From Candidatus Saccharimonadales bacterium (GTDB lineage: Bacteria > Patescibacteriota > Saccharimonadia > Saccharimonadales > JACQNP01), in the NCBI GenBank assembly GCA_041742395.1, contig JBGSIS010000003.1, forward strand, positions 1-56,737: a stretch of 56,737 nucleotides of DNA. Direction: 5' to 3'. The position numbers and the translations under genes are program-made. Positions 50,489-56,737 of this stretch are shown here, piece after piece. Under the pieces are notes generated by a model that was not told the DNA's origin, searched no databases, and saw nothing but the letters and a program-made list of their open reading frames with translations. Each line of letters starts with the position of its first letter. The stretch's first letter is position 1.

Positions 50489-51147
50489 ATGAAACGAAAA
50501 TACATATTAGTGTCCATAATAATATTAGTTTTATTTGGCCTACTAAGTTTTTTGTGATTAGTCTAAAAAGTAAATCAGACGGTAACTCTAATAATAATGA
50601 GCAAAATACAGAAATTGTTGATTCAAACGATAAGAACTTTGATGCAGTTTCAAATAATAATATTTCATATTTGGCAACTATTACTAATAAAGATGCGGAC
50701 AAGGTATATGTTAGTACTGTTGAGTTTGATAGCAATTCTAAAATATCAAAATATAATGCTGAGATTGGCGGCAACAAAGCTACAATTTACTTTACTGAAA
50801 ACGACTATGTGTTCTGTCAAACCGAAGATAATTGCATAAAGTACTCAAGTAACAATATAAATGGGTCATCTTTTGATCCTAACACTATTTCTTTTGGTGA
50901 AAAACAAATTGAAGAATTGAAGACTACGTCATCATATAAGGGAACAGCTAATTGTGCTTACGGGGAGTGCGATATCTGGAAAATAAATCGTGAAGGACTT
51001 GAATCTATTTTTTATATTGATACTGAGACTAAAAGGATTGCAAAATTTGAAACACAAACACCAACTGGATCTGCCGAAGTACAATATGATTTCAAGGAAA
51101 TAAGTTTAAGCCTGCCAGAAAATGCTCGAACAATTCCAGGTCAATAA
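50489..51147 (+). pseudogene. Exported LolA-like protein interrupted by a 1-nt frameshift in a T6 run (or a sequencing error)
   Basis: SD AGGGGG + ATG 50489 encodes MKRKYILVSIIILVLFGLLSFL-stop; adding one T at 50548-50553 joins it to the 50554 frame. Confidence 0.7.
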
Positions 51148-52981
51148 AGTGATAAATATTTTTCGTAACTTTAATCGACCTTTTAAAATTTTATTCTTTG
51201 TTTTATTTATTGTTCTGTTGTATATATTTTCAACCAATATTGTGACTGCTCAGTCAGTCGATGATTTTTTTATTGAATCATTTACAGCTAAATACTACTT
51301 ATCAAATAATGACAAGAACATAGCAACTTTGGATGTTGAAGAGAATTTAATACCTAATTTCATTAACAAAGATATTAACCATGGGATAATTAGGGCTATT
51401 CCGGAAGAATACTCAGGAGAAAGCTTGGGTCTAAAAATACAAAGTGTAACAGATGCTAACAATCAACCAATAAAATATTCAACTTCTAGAAAAAATAATA
51501 ATTTAGTGCTAAAAATTGGTGATCCAAACGTATATATTAACGGAGAATATGAATATAAGATAAAATATCAAATGACTAACGTAGTGAGGTTCTATGATAA
51601 TCATGATGAGTTTTTCTGGAATGTTAATGGTACTGAATGGCGTCAACCAATAAATAGAATATCTGTAAGTCTTAAAATAGATCCCCAGATAAATCTACAA
51701 AGAAAGTCAGAAATTAGGTGCTATACGGGATCTCTTGGAAGTAAAGATAGTAATTGTGAGATAGTTGGCATAAACCAAGACTATAGCGAGATTAATGTAA
51801 ATTCGTCGAATTTGGAGAGTGGAGAAAATTTAAGTATTGTAACGGGATTTAATAAAGGCACTTTTAGTCCTGATGTAAATTCGAGATCTATTAAAAAAAT
51901 TGTCAATATATTGTCTTTGATAATATTAATATCTGCTCCAATATTAACTCTAATATCTATGGTTATTGTATGGCGAAATAATGGCAGAGACGAAACAGAA
52001 CTAGGTACAATAATCCCGCAATATGAACCCCCATCGGGTTTTAGCCCTGTAGCTGCAGATTCTTTACTAAAAGACAAATTCGACAAGAAGTCATTGACAG
52101 CTAATATAATTGAATTGGCTGTAAATCGTTACATAAATATTAATGCTTTGCAGTCGGACAACGTTAAAGACACCGAGTTTGAACTAGAAATATTATCGTT
52201 AGCAAATTCTTCAATAAAACTAGACAGTCTAAACGATGAATTATTGAAAGCATTATTTAGTAATAATTTACAGCCAGGACACAAAATAAATTTAAAATCG
52301 CTTAATAATAAATTATATAAATCCATACCGTTATTTAATAAAAGCATCTTTAGTGATTTAACTAACCAAGGCTATTACAGGATTAATCCTGAAGAATATA
52401 GAAAAAGGTATATTTTATTTGGTGTATTGCTCATTATCTTTGCGACTCCTCTCATTTTCTTATTGAGCATCAGTAATACATTTAAACCTTTAATAGGCTC
52501 TTTATTTGCAGCATCTATAATAAGTGGAATTATAATTATAATATTTTCTAGGTACATGCCAGCCAAGACAAAAAAGGGTCAAGACATGAAAGCTTACATA
52601 TTAGGCCTGAAAGAATATATTAAAATGGCTGAAGTTGATCGAATTAAATTTCATCAGAACCCTGAAGCAGCTATAAAATACGGTGAATATAAAGATAAAA
52701 AAGTTAAGGTAAAACTTTATGAGCAACTTTTGCCGTATGCGATAATTTTTGGTCTTGAAAATGAATGGTCTGAGTATTTTACAGATATTTACGATTCGCC
52801 TCCAGAATGGTATGGGAATAATAGCTCTTCATTTAATTCCATTTATCTAGCTAACTCCATATCAAATTTTTCTAATCAAAGCGATACAAGCTTTAGTGCT
52901 CCGGCTAGTTCTTCTTCTAGTGGATTTTCTGGCGGAGGAAGCGGCGGTGGTGGCGGTGGTGGCGGTGGTGGCGGTTGGTAG
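51122..52981 (+). CDS. DUF2207 family membrane protein
   Basis: HGIIRAIP, IGDP, DEFFWNVNGTEW, QYEPP, YEQLLPYAIIFG, C-terminal poly-Gly-W; start may be slightly downstream. Confidence 0.92.
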   Translation: MLEQFQVNKVINIFRNFNRPFKILFFVLFIVLLYIFSTNIVTAQSVDDFFIESFTAKYYLSNNDKNIATLDVEENLIPNFINKDINHGIIRAIPEEYSGESLGLKIQSVTDANNQPIKYSTSRKNNNLVLKIGDPNVYINGEYEYKIKYQMTNVVRFYDNHDEFFWNVNGTEWRQPINRISVSLKIDPQINLQRKSEIRCYTGSLGSKDSNCEIVGINQDYSEINVNSSNLESGENLSIVTGFNKGTFSPDVNSRSIKKIVNILSLIILISAPILTLISMVIVWRNNGRDETELGTIIPQYEPPSGFSPVAADSLLKDKFDKKSLTANIIELAVNRYININALQSDNVKDTEFELEILSLANSSIKLDSLNDELLKALFSNNLQPGHKINLKSLNNKLYKSIPLFNKSIFSDLTNQGYYRINPEEYRKRYILFGVLLIIFATPLIFLLSISNTFKPLIGSLFAASIISGIIIIIFSRYMPAKTKKGQDMKAYILGLKEYIKMAEVDRIKFHQNPEAAIKYGEYKDKKVKVKLYEQLLPYAIIFGLENEWSEYFTDIYDSPPEWYGNNSSSFNSIYLANSISNFSNQSDTSFSAPASSSSSGFSGGGSGGGGGGGGGGGW

Positions 52982-54157
52982 TTAATGTGTATTATTATTT
53001 TTTCTTGATAACAAAAATAAGCCAACACTTCCAGATATAATCGATGCAACAAATATACCTGCAGTTGCTGCATTTTTCAGGCTTGGATTACCTTCATATG
53101 CCAAACTTGAAATTAGCAGTGATATTGTAAAACCAATTCCTGCTATGAACCCTACCCCGTAAATTTGTCTCCAGTTGAGGGATGTTGGCTTTTTTGCAAT
53201 TTTTAGAATCGTTGATATCTTAGCGGCAGCAATTATTCCAATTGATTTACCAATTACCAGTCCTAAAACTATTCCTAAGAAAACATTAAATGACGCTTTA
53301 TCGTCAATTTCAATCGAAGAAAATTTTACACCAGAATTAGCAAAAACAAACAGTGGGACAATGATATAAGAGGTAAGTGGGAGTAATATATCTTCGGCAA
53401 CTTCTGACATTTGCAGTTTTTTTGATCCTTTTCGCCTCGTATTTAGAGGTGCTAAAAATGCAATTAGAACTCCTGCTAGAGTACCAGGTACTCCTGATAT
53501 GATTAGTAAGTACCATGCAATAAATCCAAGAATACCAAACCACATAATCCAATACTCGTTTTTTCTTATTACGGCAATTATTAAGAAAAATAAAATTGCT
53601 AGCAAAAAAGCAAACATGTTATCTGGTCTGCTATAGAATAAACCTATTACTAGTATTGAACCTATGTCATCGACAATCGCAAGTGTCAGTAAGAAAAGTC
53701 TAAGAGACTTATTTATACGATTTCCTAATAACCCTAAAATTCCAATAGCGATTGCTATATCTGTAGCCATCGGAATTGCCCATCCGCTATTTTCTGGAGG
53801 ATTTGGATTAATCAACGAGAAAATTAATGCTGGTAAAATCATACCTCCTAGTGCGGCAAAAAATGGAAATGATGCTTTTTTCCAACCCTTCAATTCGCCA
53901 TCAATCATTTCCCGCTTTATTTCAAGACTCACTACTAAGAAAAAAACAGCCATTAGTCCTTCATTAATCCAGTGTTGGACGTCCATTGTTATGAGCCCAA
54001 TAGTGATATCGTAGTTCAAGAAATTGAAGTATTGATTTGAGAAACTTGAATTTGCTAAGACTATACCAATAATTCCAGCCAAGATTAGAAGTGCACTGCT
54101 TTTCGATTCTTCTTTTATAAAAAAACTGAAAACATTTTTAGGATTTAGTACTTTCAT
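52982..54157 (-). CDS. nhaA: Na+/H+ antiporter NhaA
   Basis: WINEGLMAVFF, EIKRE, GWAIPMATDIA, LAIVDD, GIGFT.SL. Confidence 0.95.
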   Translation of the reverse strand: MKVLNPKNVFSFFIKEESKSSALLILAGIIGIVLANSSFSNQYFNFLNYDITIGLITMDVQHWINEGLMAVFFLVVSLEIKREMIDGELKGWKKASFPFFAALGGMILPALIFSLINPNPPENSGWAIPMATDIAIAIGILGLLGNRINKSLRLFLLTLAIVDDIGSILVIGLFYSRPDNMFAFLLAILFFLIIAVIRKNEYWIMWFGILGFIAWYLLIISGVPGTLAGVLIAFLAPLNTRRKGSKKLQMSEVAEDILLPLTSYIIVPLFVFANSGVKFSSIEIDDKASFNVFLGIVLGLVIGKSIGIIAAAKISTILKIAKKPTSLNWRQIYGVGFIAGIGFTISLLISSLAYEGNPSLKNAATAGIFVASIISGSVGLFLLSRKNNNTH

Positions 54158-54236
54158 TTTATTAACAGTTTAGCATAAGCAAGGTAGAAGAATAATTAGT
54201 ATATCGATAGAGTATAATAAATATTAGGAGAAAATA

Positions 54237-55115
54237 ATGAGAGATCAACATGAGCAGAATATAAGAGATCAACTTATTGAAGCTGGGATTACAAGGTATT
54301 CACTTAGAAAAAACGAAGTAAAATATTTACCGAATGTAATACATGAAGACGAAGTTATCGGCGCTGCAGTTAACGGCAAGTCCGATTTAGGTTCTGTGAT
54401 GTTAGTGGCAACTGATAAAAGAGTTATATTTCTTGATTGTAAATCTTTTTATACCACAGTGGATGAACTTACTTATGATGTAGTTTCTGGTGTGGCCCTT
54501 CGTGTTCAGGGTCTCTTCGCTAATGTGACTCTGCACACAAGAGTGGGTGAGTATAACTTAAGGATAGTAAATCTAAAACAAGCTAATAGATTCACTGAAT
54601 ATATTGAAAAAAAGAAACTAGAGAATCCAGAGAAGCCCGTAAGTTCAATTTTAGGCAGTGAGGAGACAAGACCGGAACAAAATACATTAAGCAAACATAA
54701 AATCATCAATTTGAAGACAGCGGAAAGTAATTTTTTAAATACTCATTATTTGGGAGTTTTATCTAGCGTAGGACGAACCGGTATTATATCAGGTTCAGCT
54801 GTCTACTACTTAACAAAAGATAGCAAGATATACTTTATTACTAAATCTGAAACCGAAAAAGCAAGAAACATTATTAGCAATCCACAAATTGCATTTACAG
54901 TTTTTGAAGAGTTGACTTATGAGACTCTTCAAATAAGTGGTATAGCATTAGTTGTGACCGATATAGAAACTAGAAATCAAGTGTTTCAAAATATTTTGAA
55001 AATAAGAAATATGCAAGATAATGTAACGACACCACCTGTCACAAAATTGAATCAAGGAAGTTACGTGGTGTTTGAAATCGGAATAACTGAAGCTAAATAT
55101 CATAAATATAAGTAA
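54237..55115 (+). CDS. Bacterial PH domain fused to a pyridoxamine 5'-phosphate oxidase-like split barrel
   Basis: DE.I.AAV.G..MLVATDKRVIF; VLSSV..IYFITK.ETEKARNI..NPQIAF. Confidence 0.8.
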   Translation: MRDQHEQNIRDQLIEAGITRYSLRKNEVKYLPNVIHEDEVIGAAVNGKSDLGSVMLVATDKRVIFLDCKSFYTTVDELTYDVVSGVALRVQGLFANVTLHTRVGEYNLRIVNLKQANRFTEYIEKKKLENPEKPVSSILGSEETRPEQNTLSKHKIINLKTAESNFLNTHYLGVLSSVGRTGIISGSAVYYLTKDSKIYFITKSETEKARNIISNPQIAFTVFEELTYETLQISGIALVVTDIETRNQVFQNILKIRNMQDNVTTPPVTKLNQGSYVVFEIGITEAKYHKYK

Positions 55116-55156
55116 TAGCTTACAAATAAAAACTTTTTTGTGACATAATTATGGTT

Positions 55157-56086
55157 ATGTCTGAAATTTATTATGGTTCTGCTAGTTCAGCGGAAATTAA
55201 GAAAATTGATAACCCCACTAAAGGTTGTTGGATTCACGTTGTTAATCCAAGTGATGAAGAACTAGTTGAGCTATCTGAAAGTTTTAATCTAGAGCTCGAC
55301 TTGCTACAAGATGCTAAAGATCTTTATGAATCTCCCAGATTAGAGGTAGAGAATGATCAAGTATATATTTTTGCTAGATACTTTGATCAGAATGCTGATG
55401 TTATTAATGCAACTGAGCCGGTGCTTATAATCTATCATCCTGATTATGTTATATCTATTTTAAGGACAAAATCCTCAATATTTAAAAGGCTTTATTCTGA
55501 TGATAGCAAAGTAACTACAACTCAAAAAACTAAGCTAATTTTGCAAATGATGATTTTAATTAATAATTCTTATCAGGGATACATGAACCGAGTAACTCGG
55601 TATATCCTAAAAGTACGCTCAGAGCTTAAGAAAACAAACATTAAGAATGAAGCGTTACTGGGTCTAATTGAAATTGAAGATGATCTTAATGAAATTCTTT
55701 CTGCACTAATACCGTACTCTTCGGTTCTAAGAAATATATTAAATGGTAAAAAAATTAAACTGTATGAAGATGATAAAGATCTGATAGAAGATTTATCTTT
55801 AAGTACTGACGAGCTGATAGAACAAGTTAAATCAAGGTCTAAAACTCTAGTAAATATCAGACAAGCATACGAAGCATTAGCTACTAATGATCTAAATAGA
55901 ACATTTAAAAGTTTAACAAGCATAAGCATATTCTTGATGGTACCTGCAATCATGGCAGGAGTTTACGGAATGAATATAATTTTACCCTTCCAATCTGATA
56001 AAAATGCATTCTGGTTGGTCAGTATTATTACAATTTCACTTACTGTGTTTTTGCTTTGGGTGTTTAATAGAAAGCGTTGGCTATGA
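55157..56086 (+). CDS. corA: CorA family magnesium transporter
   Basis: WIHVVNPS, D.YESPR, YGMN signature, two C-terminal TM; start 55151 or 55157. Confidence 0.92.
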   Translation: MSEIYYGSASSAEIKKIDNPTKGCWIHVVNPSDEELVELSESFNLELDLLQDAKDLYESPRLEVENDQVYIFARYFDQNADVINATEPVLIIYHPDYVISILRTKSSIFKRLYSDDSKVTTTQKTKLILQMMILINNSYQGYMNRVTRYILKVRSELKKTNIKNEALLGLIEIEDDLNEILSALIPYSSVLRNILNGKKIKLYEDDKDLIEDLSLSTDELIEQVKSRSKTLVNIRQAYEALATNDLNRTFKSLTSISIFLMVPAIMAGVYGMNIILPFQSDKNAFWLVSIITISLTVFLLWVFNRKRWL

Positions 56087-56484
56087 TAAAAATTAGCAAT
56101 GAAGAGTTTGAGGAAATCATAGGAAAAGCAATTGATGATCTCCCGGAGCTTTATGCAAAAAAGATGAACAATGTAGCAGTAGTCTGGGAAGACCAACCTA
56201 CAGAAAATCAGAGAGAAAAACTACGCTTACGAGGTAATCAGACGTTATTTGGACTATATGAGGGAATACCACTTACGAGTAGGGGATCCAACTACAATCT
56301 TGTTTTACCAGATAAAATTACTATTTTTAAAGATCCAATATGTGACTACGCTCAATCATTAGAACAACTAGAAAATCAAGTTGGTCATACTTTATGGCAT
56401 GAAGTGGCACATCATTTCGGCCTTAATCATGATAGGATTGATGAACTAGATCAAAGAAATAAAACAAAGAAAAATCAATATTGA
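56077..56484 (+). CDS. Zincin-like metallopeptidase (DUF1025-like)
   Basis: LFGLYEG.PL, LPDKITIF, HEVAHHFG. Confidence 0.9.
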   Translation: MAMIKISNEEFEEIIGKAIDDLPELYAKKMNNVAVVWEDQPTENQREKLRLRGNQTLFGLYEGIPLTSRGSNYNLVLPDKITIFKDPICDYAQSLEQLENQVGHTLWHEVAHHFGLNHDRIDELDQRNKTKKNQY

Positions 56485-56537
56485 TAACCTTAGTTAATAG
56501 GCATAAGATTCATATAGGAAGTTAGAGACTTCCGTGA

Positions 56538-56568
56538 GATCCCAGGCAATAGTCTGGGATCATTTTTT
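56538..56568 (+). terminator. Intrinsic terminator
   Basis: GATCCCAGGC-AATA-GTCTGGGATC-ATTTTTT. Confidence 0.8.
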
Positions 56569-56639
56569 ATATTGTTGCAAATAAGCATTATAATGCAACA
56601 AAATTGCATTTAGTATAGTTTAAATTTAAAGTATTGATT

Positions 56640-56737
56640 ATGAATGATTTTATAATTATGGTAATTTTCTCACTTATAGGTGGAGTAGTTTCTTTAGTTG
56701 GTGGATTTATTTTGTTGAGAAGTAAAAAATCTGCAGA
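56640..56737 (+). CDS. Membrane protein, probably ZIP family metal transporter (partial)
   Basis: MNDFIIMVIFSLIGGVVSLVGGFILL; upstream metalloregulator-like palindrome. Confidence 0.5.
   Translation, partial: MNDFIIMVIFSLIGGVVSLVGGFILLRSKKSA

Noticed and set aside
52930-52978. GGC/GGT repeat
   Set aside because: Ordinary poly-Gly tail of DUF2207 proteins

Overview
Low-GC bacterial chromosome segment, standard genetic code. Gene content (orphan cyoABCDE, Ni-SOD, short Cys-free L32, rpsP-khpA-trmD without rimM, many orphan exported proteins) best fits Ca. Saccharibacteria/Patescibacteria (inference). Housekeeping blocks (ligA, murF-ddl, leuS, rpmF-nusB-rnc-rpsP-trmD, rnj, four tRNAs) alternate with surface-protein and oxygen-handling genes. 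Most notable items: an unannotated GC-rich structured RNA with its own promoter and terminator (10518-10623) and a second candidate sRNA where rimM usually lies; a separately encoded cohesin protein and dockerin protein near a sortase; a 1066-aa protein joining MepA-like, lysozyme-like and SGNH domains; three LolA/LppX-like exported proteins, one frameshifted in a T6 run; a NUDIX domain inserted in LeuRS; an HNH nuclease between two tRNAs; a tRNA-Ala with an A19:U56 elbow pair; widespread leaderless-type gene starts; and a predicted OmpR-type operator. No CRISPR array, transposase or integrase was seen. All family calls come from motif recognition by eye, not database searches.
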